NCBI GenBank assembly: GCA_963789265.1
Contig: CAWBKB010000001.1
Location: 1,152,001-1,216,000, forward strand
DNA from: an uncultured delta proteobacterium
GTDB lineage: Bacteria; Desulfobacterota; Desulfomonilia; Desulfomonilales; Desulfomonilaceae
Reading direction: 5' to 3'
Length of the DNA: 64,000 bases
In this document: piece after piece, positions 53,098-64,000 of the stretch
Position numbering within the stretch: position 1 is the stretch's first letter
Layout of the letters: each line of letters begins with the position of its first letter
Program-made: the position numbers and the translations under genes
Notes under the pieces: model-generated
Database searches by the model: none
The model's input: the letters and a program-made list of their open reading frames with translations, nothing else
What the model was told of the DNA's origin: nothing

Positions 53098-54433
53098 TCA
53101 ATCGTTTGGATACTGGGCAAGGACCAACGTCCGCGGATTGACTCGTATGATTCTCGTGGCTCTTTTCGTTGTGATGGCATTACCTGCCTGAACCTGCTGG
53201 TTCGGGGAATTACTGTAATTGATCGTGTACACGATCGTTATCTCCACGTACCTCAGAGCGTAGGTAGTGGCAGCCTGCGGATTGGTAAGGTTGCAGAAAG
53301 TATCATCGGTGGGAGCCCATTTTTGGGACGATTGAGGGGTCAATGTGCTCGTTGGTATAAACAGGCCCTTGACTTGAAAATCTTGAACGCTGAAGAACGA
53401 ATCTTGAACTGTTGCGGTAGTATTTCCGCTTGTGCCCCCAAGGAATGACTGGCCGCTTTGCCCGCTTAGCCCGTTTCTCAGAATCTGCCCGGGTACTAAA
53501 ATCTTTCCTCCTGTAGAATCTGTTTGCGGAGGTTGGAAGCTGTAAACCACAGCCGGAGTGAAATAATAATTCCCGGCGGGGGCAGGTACTGCACGCGATA
53601 GGAGAACCCGTAAGGGTAAACTGCGTAACCCAGCCGCTCGGCGGGTTTGCCATAGTCTGACCTACAGTGGTTGGCGTGGCCGTGGGTGTAGTGACGCGCT
53701 GGGCACTGGGCCTTGCGGTCAAAGGAGTTGTAGGGTTGGTCAAATAAATGACCCCGCCTATATTATACTGGTTTGCCTGGGCTTCAGCCTGCGAGGGGGC
53801 CGGAATGCTGAATTTCTGTGAGATTATGTTTGACGAGGTTATAGGAGTGGCAGTGTACAAGTTGTACACAAGCGCAGGCCACATCGCGAAAGGCTTTGTG
53901 AGATTTTGCCCGACCCCGACAATGTCGCCTGTCGTGGGGACCGTGCTCTTCAGAAACTGGCCGTAGTTCACGTAGAGAGTATCGTAATAAGGCTTGTTTG
54001 CCTCGGGATAGGTTGTGTTTTCCGTGTCGAAATAATAGGCCATCTGCGGATAAGCCGATACACCGTAGCCCATCTGAATCACATCCCGCTGTATCTGCAT
54101 CAGGGCAAGTTCAACGCTGTGGCGGGTGGAAAGCTCCTTTGCACTCTGGCCTCCTCTCTTACTTTGAAAGAGATAGAAGCCGATCACGATGCTGAAGATG
54201 AGCGCGACTATGAACAGGGCCACCATCATCTCCACTATGGTAAACCCTCTTGAGTTATTTCGTAAGCGTTCGACGGTAACTCTGAGATCGGCATCCCGTA
54301 TCGCGGGACCATAGTAGGACCGGCATCTTGCCGGTTGATAGTGGTACCGGCGTCCCTGCCGGTTGAGCCTGATATCCAGTGGGCCGCTTTCTTGCTGAAC
54401 GGTTACGTTCTTTCTTTCCAAGTGCGCCTCCAT
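53098..54433 (-). CDS. pilW: PilW-like minor pilin (frameshift near 53580; MITE in leader peptide)
   Basis: RG|FTIVEMMVAL, IQRDVIQMGYG; ATG overlaps the pilV stop (TGATG). Confidence 0.78.
54262..54406. mobile_element. 145-bp IS66-type MITE inside pilW
   Basis: Ends GTAAGCGTTC / GAACGGTTAC; 8-bp duplication GTTATTTC / GTTCTTTC. Confidence 0.87.
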
Positions 54434-55146
54434 CAAGGCTTCGCCGATGCCTGGTTGTTCCCCGGTACCAGGAAATTGGTCAGTTCGGTCCGAAATGGAC
54501 AATCCCACGGGTCCTGCCCCGAGCAAAGGCCGTGCCAGTCTCCTTGCGGATCCCGCCATCCTGATGACCATCCCACTGCCACGTAAATCTTCCATGTATT
54601 CCCGCCACAAGGCTTGATTATGCTATTGACTTCCTGAGAATCGCTAACGATCCATCTATAGAAAATGCCGGCATAATTCTGGCCGTCCGGTTGAGAGTTC
54701 GTACCATAGTACCCGATGCCTTCAACGCAACTGCCCACGCAATTGGGAGGGGACGTGTCCCTGGAGACCTCATTAAACGGCCAGTCCGGGCCCCAAAAAT
54801 CTGTGGTAAAGTTGGAAGCCAGGGGGTCCGGAACCAAAGTGAAATTGGTAGTGTTGTTAAGGTCCGAAACTTTTTTTATGGAATTTGCGGAGGACAGTGC
54901 GCCTTTTAATTGCTCAAATATTTCCTGAGCAACAACGTCCGCAGATTGCTGCTGAACTGAAACCGCGTTGTAATTCAGAGACACCTGGAGCAGCTTTGAA
55001 AGCGCAAATATGCCTACGGTGAGAATGAACAGAGCCACCATGGCTTCAACTAAGCTGAATCCTCTATTTCCTGGAGCTTCTCGCATGTTGGACCGATCCT
55101 TGAAAAAGTATCCGTGACTATTGAGACGGATATGCCTTCGTTGCAT
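54433..55146 (-). CDS. pilV: PilV-like minor pilin (alternative start 55086)
   Basis: RG|FSLVEAMVALFILTVGIFAL. Confidence 0.78.
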   Translation of the reverse strand: MQRRHIRLNSHGYFFKDRSNMREAPGNRGFSLVEAMVALFILTVGIFALSKLLQVSLNYNAVSVQQQSADVVAQEIFEQLKGALSSANSIKKVSDLNNTTNFTLVPDPLASNFTTDFWGPDWPFNEVSRDTSPPNCVGSCVEGIGYYGTNSQPDGQNYAGIFYRWIVSDSQEVNSIIKPCGGNTWKIYVAVGWSSGWRDPQGDWHGLCSGQDPWDCPFRTELTNFLVPGNNQASAKP

Positions 55147-55325
55147 TGCCTGTCATTGCGAGGAGTGTAGCGACGAAGCAATCTCTGTTTTGGGGCCGGT
55201 GAAGCCGATGAGATTGCTTCGCTGCGCTCGCAATGACAATTCTTTCCTCAACTCCGCGTTCTCTGCTGACTCCGCGGTGAATATCGATTGCCCGGTCAAC
55301 CTTAATGATTTTTCTCCGTCTATCC

Positions 55326-56171
55326 TCACTGCGCAGCCCCTTGCAGGATTTTCCCCATATAAGTGAGGGTGAACTGGACCTTTCCTGCGTCTTTCGCCAT
55401 GCTGATTATCTTCAGCGTGTGGTTGGTGGGTTGCCCGTAGGTGTACGGAGGTACACTGGCCGACGTAAAGGACGACGACACCGGAACTCCCATCCAGTTG
55501 AACGGGACGAACACTGCCGGATTCGTCGAGTTGTACGGCGAAGCGTCAACCGCTGATCCGGTGGTCCAATCCTGGATGTCGAACTTTCCATCATTGTACT
55601 GATATTCGGAAATCTCCACCCAATATTGTTTCCAGGCGCAATTGTAGGGGGACTGGTTACAACTGGAATCTCCCAACGGACAAGGGTAGGTGGAAACGGT
55701 ACAAGTTGGTGCGGCTGACCCCCCGCCGACTCCGGGTTCATTCCCCGTTGGGTTATAATTTTCACCTGACACAGCCACGGATGAGGTATGAGCCAGAATG
55801 CAATAGTAAGTCGACCGGCCGTCGTTTACGATATCGCCGACATTGTATGATGTGTTCGGCTGCCAGAGCGGGTTTTGCTGGGCCAGGGCAGCGGACAACG
55901 CCGGTCTGATCAAAACCCATGTTGTGCTCTGAGACTGAATAGCTCTAACCTGGGCCAAGGAAATGGCATGGTTGAACTCGCGAACCGTATTGCTGAAAGC
56001 ATACTCGTCCTTGTAATCCATCAATCCCTTTGCCATGATGACTAATATTATCGCGACAACAGTGAGAACCACCATCAGCTCAACCATCGTAAACCCCCGG
56101 ACCGGCCAGGGGTCGGGGCGGGTTTCAAACCCGGCCCCTCTCTTTTTCCGGGATTGCCAGACCCTCGTCAT
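55326..56171 (-). CDS. FimT/FimU-like minor pilin with CBM5/12-like insert
   Basis: RG|FTMVELMVVL, AQVRAI, PFNWMG; WQPNTSYNVGDIV..YYCILAHTS. Confidence 0.78.
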   Translation of the reverse strand: MTRVWQSRKKRGAGFETRPDPWPVRGFTMVELMVVLTVVAIILVIMAKGLMDYKDEYAFSNTVREFNHAISLAQVRAIQSQSTTWVLIRPALSAALAQQNPLWQPNTSYNVGDIVNDGRSTYYCILAHTSSVAVSGENYNPTGNEPGVGGGSAAPTCTVSTYPCPLGDSSCNQSPYNCAWKQYWVEISEYQYNDGKFDIQDWTTGSAVDASPYNSTNPAVFVPFNWMGVPVSSSFTSASVPPYTYGQPTNHTLKIISMAKDAGKVQFTLTYMGKILQGAAQ

Positions 56172-56190
56172 CCGTTTACTCCAATCCGAA

Positions 56191-56463
56191 GGTAGCGCAG
56201 GCGTCCCTGCCGGTGGTTCATGAACGACCGGCACGGAGGCCGGTCCTGGTGGGACAGGCTTCCAGCCTGTCGCTGATAGATGGGCAGTATGCTCATCCCC
56301 ACCGGAGGAATCCAGATTAAGAAAGGGCAATAAGTTCATGCGGATCTTTCCTTTGGAGGCCGCCTTCTTCTTAGACTGCGGTAGCGCCGGCGTCCCTGCC
56401 GGCGGTTCATGAATAACCGGCACGGAGGCCGGTCCTGGTGGGACAGGCTTCCAGCCTGTCGCT
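56191..56463 (+). repeat. two 84-bp direct composite REP repeats
   Basis: 56191-56274 and 56380-56463 are near-identical. Confidence 0.85.
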
Positions 56464-56551
56464 TAATGACGGGCAAGATGCCCGTCGCCACCAAATGGTC
56501 CTCCATATTCGGTAATTACCTTTGAGAACCGCCTATATTTCTCTCTCGCGA

Positions 56552-59500
56552 TCACTGCTGCGGCCCTGTTTCCCGCCACCCCTGAACCTGGAACGTCCCC
56601 GGGATGTTCACCTTTGTGACCGAGATGTTTCCCAAGCTCGTCTGAACCGCAACCTGGTTTCCGTTAAGGAGCACGGGCGAACTCGGTACTCCGCTCCCCA
56701 GATTCACCTTCTGCCCGTATAAGAGGGCGCCGTGAGTACCCGTTGTATTGAAGTTCTCCACAACCAGCGTTTGGTCTGCGATCGGGTAGAACCCGGCCGT
56801 AAACGGCTGACACATATAGTCGAGCACGTACAAGTATCCCGTCCCACCGGCCTGGCAAAGGTCGTTCTGATTGGCACCGGGATTGGCAGCCGTGGGGCTG
56901 AATGAGGTGAAAAATACCAGCCCTCCGGCAATCAGCGGTTTTCCAATGACCCTCTCACCGGGAGTTGTCAGATCGAAAATGCAATCCCAGCAGGCGGGGC
57001 CGTTCGGATCGCGGATGGACCCGGTGCATAAGGGGTTATTCGCGTCACAACAATCCGGCACGGCATTGCCGCTCGAATCCGTTGTTTGTTGCACCCAGGT
57101 GCACCCGGAATGCGAAACTGTTGCACCGGAATTAGGATCGATTGCCGTCCACGAGCACCCCGAATCCATCGAATAAGGGGTACTCGTAGAAGAAGCCGGG
57201 TTGGGGGTCGTACTATCCGTAGCTCCTATGCACCTGAACGTGGTGGCATCACAGTCCGGTTTTACATAGATGTTCAGATTCGAACCCGACACAGTGCCTT
57301 TAAGCACGGTTGACGCGGTCCAGTCGGTCGACACTCCTAGTTGGCTGAAGTCTATGGGGTCCCGCAGATTGTACAAAGACATCTGGGCCGTGTCCGTAGC
57401 ATCACTGTTGGTCCCGTTTATGTTCTCGTATTTCCCTCCGGCTATGAGCACGCGCATGGCATTCCCGTTATTTCGCTCCCAGCTTGCCGCAGGTTGAATT
57501 TGGAACGGCTGGCGGCCGGAACGATACCAGTCGGAAGCGTACTGTTGGGCTCCGGAAGTATTCCAGGGTATGGGTTTGGTCCTCCAGATATCCACGTATA
57601 TTCCGTCATTGGAACCGGAACCCAGGCTTACAAGGGGATCGAAGTTCAACTTTATTCCATAGAACACGCCGTTCATATCACCAATGTAGATGGAATCTAC
57701 GTATCCGTCTTCACCCTGTGTGGCGCCTACCCGGTTGGTGCCCTGATATGTGCCCAGATTCCACAAATCCAGGGCCAACGGATCGGACATGGCGTACGGG
57801 ACCTCGGCCTGGCAATTCTGACCGTTACTGTCGCAACCCCTGTCCTGCACCGGGAACAAAGTCTTACTGATATTGTATATGCTGGGCCATACGTATTTGA
57901 ACGCATTCATGCCCGTTTCAATGTCCAATGCCAGAAGAAACGTTCCGTTCAGGGAATGCTTGAATCCGTCAACATAGAACTGCGGCCAGGTCGTTGGAAA
58001 AATCTCGGGGATGAGAGTGGGGTCGTAAATGTGAGCGCCGCCTCCGACGAAGGCCAGATTCCGGACACCGCTCACATTAAGGTTGGCCGTGCTGCAATTG
58101 CTTGGCGCACAGATTTGGGTCTGTCCTGTTCCGAGGCCCAGAGGGCAATTAGACAACGTGAGGCCGCTGGGGAGCCCCACCCGGCCCACATAAGGCCTCG
58201 ACCACGAAACTGGTACGTTCTTCACCATGTTGTAAGCGTAATCGGTAGCACTGAACGGCTCCCACGGCGCAGTTAGCACAGCATCGCCACCGAGGACCGA
58301 CTTAAGCTCAGACTGGCAGCTCTGCACACACGCGGAGGTAAGGGTCGTGCCTACACACGCCGCGCAGCATCCGCTACACGAATTGCTTGGTGCCTGTTTG
58401 TTCCAATACGAGGGCGGAAATGTGGGGGCCACACATTTTGAGATGTCTCCGGGATTGGTGGCGTTACCCGTCTGGCAGGATGCCGCGAAGGATTTCGCTG
58501 CCGCGTTCAAATCGAACGTGACGACCATGTTCTTGAACACCGAGTATTCCCACTGAAGCTTGGGCGTATAGTTGCCCGAAGAATCCTTGTGTCGCGGGTC
58601 CGTGACATCCAGGCAGAAATACGTGTCCCCGCCCTCACGCTCGCCCCCCAGTATTACGGTGTGCCAGGGCCAAACGGAGGACGCGGCAGAGCTGTTGGCC
58701 GTGTACTCATTGTCAAAGAATACGGTCCATGCTGTGGGCGCCAGGTCCACCATGAAGCGGTGTTGGCAACCATTTGAGCTGGGACAGTCAGGACCTGTAG
58801 TGGCACCGTAACTCGAAGCAGCCAGGTACTGGAGTTGATCCAGAAGATTGGTCGGAATGTAAGCCCACTGTTCCCGACCGATTTGTGCTATCCGCAGAGC
58901 ATCTGCTGGACTGGTGCTGCTTTGCACATCGGTCGGTTTTATTGCCCACGTCTGGTTAACAGTGTCATAAACGGACACCAGAATCGCATGGACCATGCCG
59001 TCGTTTGCGCCCACATACACCATCTTGTCCCTATACCGAATTTGTGGGTCGGTGCTGCTGTGAGCCGGTGGCGCGGGATTGCAACTCCCGGAGTTGGAGC
59101 TGGTATTGTTGGGATCCAATTGACGCCAGTTCAGGAAGTACTTATTAAATCCTACCGATTCAGCAGCAGAGTTGCATTGAACCACCCCCACCTCTTTGCT
59201 TTGGACAAGTGCCTTGGTCTGAGACGGGACTGCGCCCAGAGAAGGAGGCCCGACTATCACGGGCGTGGAATAGACGACATCACCCAGTATCCAGTAGGAG
59301 CCTGCCCCCCCTTCCTGCCTCGATCTGTACCCGGATTGATCTAGTCCGAGGACCCAGTTCACGATTGCATCTCGCGTGGTCGTGTCCGGCACCCCAAGAA
59401 CAGTGGGGGAGATATTGTTAGTGTTGAATAACATGAGCTGAGGGTTCCCATTGGCGTCCAGCACAGGGTTCCCGTTTGAGTCCAGCTTCTCGGTATAGAC

Positions 59501-62003
59501 CAGTCTCGTCGTGGGGGCCGGAGGCTGCAACGGAGGTTGCATAGCCGAGTCCCAACAGTTTCCGGGGGGATGGCCGCTGATGATTTGCTCGCAGAGCGTG
59601 TCCCCGGGATAATTGAGGAAATCATAATTTCCGTTTCTTGTCCGGCCAATAAGATTCCAGATGGCCGAACCACAGAAAACGGCACGCATCGGCGGTATCC
59701 GTACTTGGGGCCCGGGCTTCGAATGCTCCCCGTATTATGAGGTCACCTTCAGCGCTTTGCTGCGCGACCGTCGCGACAGCACTGGACGCCGCAGTCTGCT
59801 GGGTGATATTGGTCAGTATGTTCTGCAATGCCTGCTCTATTAGCTCGCCGTTTGAAGCATTAAAAAAGTGGTCCGGTACGCCTTTGCAACCGGAAGTAAA
59901 GTTGCTGGTACAGACCGTAGTGCCGAGGTCCCATTCCTCACAGCACGGTTTGTTTGGGGACGATGAAGTTGGACACTGGGATATGCTGAAAGTTTTTGTA
60001 GCGCTGTTAAAGCTCGTGCCGGTCATAGGCCACGGATAATTCGAGGGCGTGCAGTTTGGTAATGCATTGAACCCCCCGAACATGGCCTCCCATTGCAACG
60101 AGTTGACCCCGTAGTTGTAATCCGGGTCACTTGTGCTGGCGAAGCAGAATATCGCGAATATGTTAGCGAAAATGGGGGTTCCCCCGGAACCGCTGACATC
60201 GGTCCTGAGGCCCTTGCCGTTATTGGCGCCCGCGTGTAGTGTCCACACATTCGGCACCGGATCTACAGTACTGCCCGAATTGTCGTACCAGTTGCCGTCC
60301 GTGAGGTGGATTACATACGTCTGCCGACAGGAAACAGCCTTCTGCACGCCGCCTACCACCGCGTAATATGGATCGTTCGGGGCGTGCTGGTAGTTCATGA
60401 GACCTGAGTTTATGCCATTCCCGTTCTGCTCCAGATAATTTATTACCTCCCCGAATGCCTCGCCGGTCGGAGTGCCGGAGTACGGCCAGGGCTGCTGGTA
60501 AAGGCTCCCGGGTGGATCGCCTTGGTCCTCTGGAGTTTCACCTTGGATGGTCCTGATAAATTGGTGCATGTCCGTGTACTGGCCGCAGTAAGCCAGGAGT
60601 TTCCCTTTATGGTCATCGGTGTCACCCTTATAGTACATGAATCCGAATCTACCCTGGGTCCAACTTTTTCTGACCACTCCTTGGTTATCAAGATCGGTGG
60701 GAGCGATCTTGATACGTACCCGCGGATAAGGAATGGACCCGATGCTGCTATTCGTCTGACCGGCGTTATTGCTTGATGCCGGGCTCAAGTTGACATTGGA
60801 GGTAATTTGATACGTACCGGTTGCCTCTTTGCTGTTCATATCGAAAGCGTAAACGTAATATGTCGTGCCGCCGGAGGCTCCGGGGAGCTGAAGCTGGGCC
60901 CTTGCGGGACTCCCGCTCACCGTTTTCAAGGTTGTTTGAGTGGGGTTGGAAGATGTTGACACTCGCAGTTGCACATTCGATGAGGGGGTCCATGTTCCGG
61001 TCAAGCTTATGTCTACGTTTGTGGTCTGGGTCAGGGTGAAGGTCCAAGCATCGTAGTAGTTATTGTTCGAAATGCCGGACTTGCCCTTGGTCAGTGCTCC
61101 CTTGTAAATTCCCCTTATACTTATGACAAGGTCTTTCTGGGAATAGGACGGGTCTGTTTGGGTGCCGGTCGCGCTGGAGTAGTCGTTCGGATAATCGACA
61201 TTCACCCCACCAGGCGCTGCCTGGGTCCATGTGGCAGGGCGGATGTAAAATCGCGCCCAGAGCTTGTTCGTCTCGTAAACGCTTCGCCTTGCCCCCTGTG
61301 CCGTCTTATAGCAACTGCCGCTGGCGTCGGTGCAATTCAGCTCATTGTTGTTGGAATCAAATCCGGTGGCATTTGTGTCGGTTGAATCATAAGTCTTCCC
61401 ACCGATAAGCGCTTGCAACGCGGCGTCAATCCTGCAGGTGACCGCCCAATTCAGCACCGCTCCGCTGAGGCCTGCTTGTACAGAACCAATGTTTGGCGTT
61501 GTTCCAGTCGGCGTTGTGGAACCAATTGGATAGAAATATCCGCCACCGGGAATACCGCATGGGTTGGTGGGGTCAGAGCCGTCGTCGTATTTGTAATACT
61601 GAGTATTGTCAAATAAGCCATAGTAGTACGGACTGTATGTGGTTTGGTTTGTAGGATCGTAGGCCGCGGCATTTACTGCGGACATCCCGCTCGTGCTGTC
61701 TGTAGAATCTTCGTCCAGGACCTGACTGGAGCCGTAGGTCCAGCAGCAGCCGCACGAGCATCGGCTGCAATTGCTGGTGCATGCAGTCATGGTGGCGGGG
61801 AGCCCGTAATAGGTCTGCTCCTGCATGCTTCCAGAAAAATCCATTAGGAGCAAGAGGTTTGGGTCGGTGGAAAAGGCAATCTGCGGCGGCACCTGGCATT
61901 GAGGAGTGTAAGTCTGGGAGAAAGCCCCTTGAGGGCAAAGAAGTACGAGCATCGCTGTCGCGAATACTGATAGCAAAACGGCCTTCCTGATTCTATCTGA
62001 CAT
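56552..62003 (-). CDS. pilY1: PilY1/PilC adhesin, ~1800 aa (frameshift near 59635)
   Basis: Signal peptide; vWA MIDAS-like DFSGSM, GTP, LTDG; LGDVVYSTP, YVGANDGMVHA, EQWAYIP, DGYVDSIYIGD.NG; C-terminal WRE. Confidence 0.87.
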
Positions 62004-62457
62004 GGCCAACCCCTGTACCAGACTGAACATTGCCAACCCCCGTACCACCAGACTGAAGTGCAAAAATTACAACACTGTCGTTCTTGTAACAGACGATTAC
62101 GTTAGTCCCGGGTCCAAGTATACTGAACGGCACACTGGCGCCTGCTTCATTCAGCACCGAGACAGTCTTATTGGAAAGAGTTACCGTGAGACCCGGGGTG
62201 CCGAATTCTCCGGGGAACACAAGGCTTGAGGAGGTTACCGAAGCCAGTTGGGCCGGCCCGAAAATTGAATACCCCGCGGCAATGTAGTAACCAATTTGCG
62301 TCTGGACAGTGGTGGATGTCTGGACCGATTGCCCCAGCCCCGGGATCGCGCTGGATTGCGTGCCCGCAGCCCAGCACGGGAGCACCAGGGCAATCAACAG
62401 CCCCAGAACCGGCAGTGCCAGGCGGCACAAACTACGTGATGTTTTGAGTGTTCCCAA
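61993..62457 (-). CDS. hypothetical exported protein upstream of pilY1
   Basis: AGGAGG then TTG at 62457; signal peptide; the longer ORF call runs through REP repeats. Confidence 0.65.
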   Translation of the reverse strand: MGTLKTSRSLCRLALPVLGLLIALVLPCWAAGTQSSAIPGLGQSVQTSTTVQTQIGYYIAAGYSIFGPAQLASVTSSSLVFPGEFGTPGLTVTLSNKTVSVLNEAGASVPFSILGPGTNVIVCYKNDSVVIFALQSGGTGVGNVQSGTGVGHVR

Positions 62458-63802
62458 GAAACAACCTCCTTGCTCACAGTAGGGTGTCCCGCGAAGCGCG
62501 GGACTGCCCGCCGATTTATAGTGGGGTGGGCATCCTGCCCGCCGATTGATCATCGTAATGGCCATTTCGCCGGCGATTCGTAACCCTGGACTCCGAACCG
62601 GGCTCCCGTCTTGCTTCCTGGTGGGACAGGCATCTTGCCTGTCACTTGATGACGGGCAAGATGCCCGTCCCACTGCAGGATGCCCATCCCCACTGAAAGA
62701 TGCCCGAATGAAAACTCTCAAAAACTCATGCGATGGGATAGGTGTAAGGGCGCCACGGACCGGCACCCGATTGCGAATCTGGACTTGCGAATCGAAGAAG
62801 GGCGAAATAGATGCACGACGTTGGAGTACAGCAACGACAGGTGATCTGTGATTGCCGGCAACGGATTGACATGCGCAATTGGAGCGAAAGTCAGATAATA
62901 GCTATGGAAAAGGGTCAGGAGGCAGGTGAAGTCCACCAGGAAGCTTGGCCTCCATGCCCAGAACAAACCAAAATCCAGCCCGAATAGCTCCGAATCTAAT
63001 CCGCCATCCGAGTACTGAGAAATTCCAATGACAAAATTTATAAACGACTCCATCGGTTGAGTCCTCAGTGATCCCATTTGCGAAAGTTGCCAATCAACGA
63101 CATCACCGTTGCTTCGCGCGTCCGGCTGCTTTCACGCGGAAACGCCCTTGGGCTCTGGGGTGGATCGCAGCAACAATTGTGCCAACGCCAAACTTAGAAG
63201 CTCTGAGACGATTCGAAGCGCTGGGCCTCATGTTACGCGGATACAATTCGGCCACCCTAATGTGACAAAATGCGACATCTTTTCGCGGTGGCAGACTTAT
63301 GAGCGTGATATCACACGACATAAAGCCGTCAACAAAGTGGACAGATTTTCAAAGACTATTAAATTATTTTATAGGGAAAACAGGAGTTGAAAAAATGAGG
63401 GGTGATATTATGAGCATAGCCGCGTCTCGGTCATCGAGGGACCCTTCGGCAAGATTTTCAGTGATCCATGCGGTTCCACGCTGTCGCGGTGTTCACCGCA
63501 TCTTACAGGAACTTACGCGAGGAATATTGTGTTCCTTGTCATTGCGAGGAGTGAATGGTGGGACAGGCTTCCAGCCTGTCTATTAGGGATGACGGGCAAG
63601 ATGCCCGTCCCACCGGCAATGTAAGCGACGTTTAAAGGAAAAGATTGCTTCGTCCCGCGAGACGCGGGACTCGCAATGACAATCTCTTCCCCCGCGCAAA
63701 CGAACGATTAGTCCCAAAACTTCTTTCCGATTGACACCTTGCCGGCCAGACACTAATCTTTGGCCGCGCCTCACTTAAGTGGATATGCGAGGAGGTCAGG
63801 CA

Positions 63803-64000
63803 ATGGCAGAATCGGTAAAGGCTAGTATATGCGGTGAAATCGCCGTGGTATCGTTCAATCGGCCAAAGGCTTTCAACGCTTTTGATCTGGACGCGATCGT
63901 GACCTTTGCGGAGCATCTCATCAACCTGTCAGGAGACGATACCGTGCGCGGGGTCGTCGTTACAGGAGAAGGAACGGCATTCTGTGCCGGGGGCGATCTG
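63803..64000 (+). CDS. enoyl-CoA hydratase/isomerase (3' partial)
   Basis: Hand translation FNRPKAFNA..VVVTGEGTAFCAGGDL after GGAGG. Confidence 0.9.
   Translation, partial: MAESVKASICGEIAVVSFNRPKAFNAFDLDAIVTFAEHLINLSGDDTVRGVVVTGEGTAFCAGGDL

Noticed and set aside
56172..56423. Extended N-termini called for fimT, pilW (54610) and the 62766 ORF
   Set aside because: They run through repeats or the upstream gene; starts at 56171, 54433 and 62457 are better supported by ribosome-binding sites or translational coupling
56191..56463. Direct repeats with a spacer as a CRISPR array
   Set aside because: Only two 84-bp units, built from REP motifs found elsewhere; no cas genes
52510..62457. DGR or shufflon-type diversification of the pilins
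   Set aside because: No reverse transcriptase, template/variable repeat pair, recombinase or silent cassettes seen in the window

Overview
This 64-kb window is chromosomal DNA from a bacterium whose gene content suggests a deltaproteobacterium (Desulfobacterota, possibly Desulfomonile-like; inferred, not database-checked). Core genes include argJ, argC, guaB, glmU-dusB-fis, zapB-zapA-6S RNA-rny, sppA, ihfB and nikR, plus an unusually long GlmS and an EndoQ-UvrD fusion. It also holds a complete IS1182 element, two intact type II toxin-antitoxin pairs, two truncated toxin genes, and a type IV pilus accessory operon (hyp-pilY1-fimT/U-pilV-pilW-pilX). About ten genes are broken by single-base indels in short homopolymers, most likely long-read sequencing errors. 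The most striking feature is a dense, nested set of small mobile repeats: several REP-like palindrome families and MITEs with IS66-, IS4-, IS1182- and IS630-like ends, several with verifiable target-site duplications. These MITEs insert into REPs and carry other REPs as cargo. A ~19-nt hairpin (GTCCCGCG-nnn-CGCGGGAC) replaces the centres of unrelated repeats without duplication. Two repeats sit in frame inside the cleavable leader peptides of the minor pilins PilW and FimT. The FimT-like pilin also carries a CBM5/12-like chitin-binding module.
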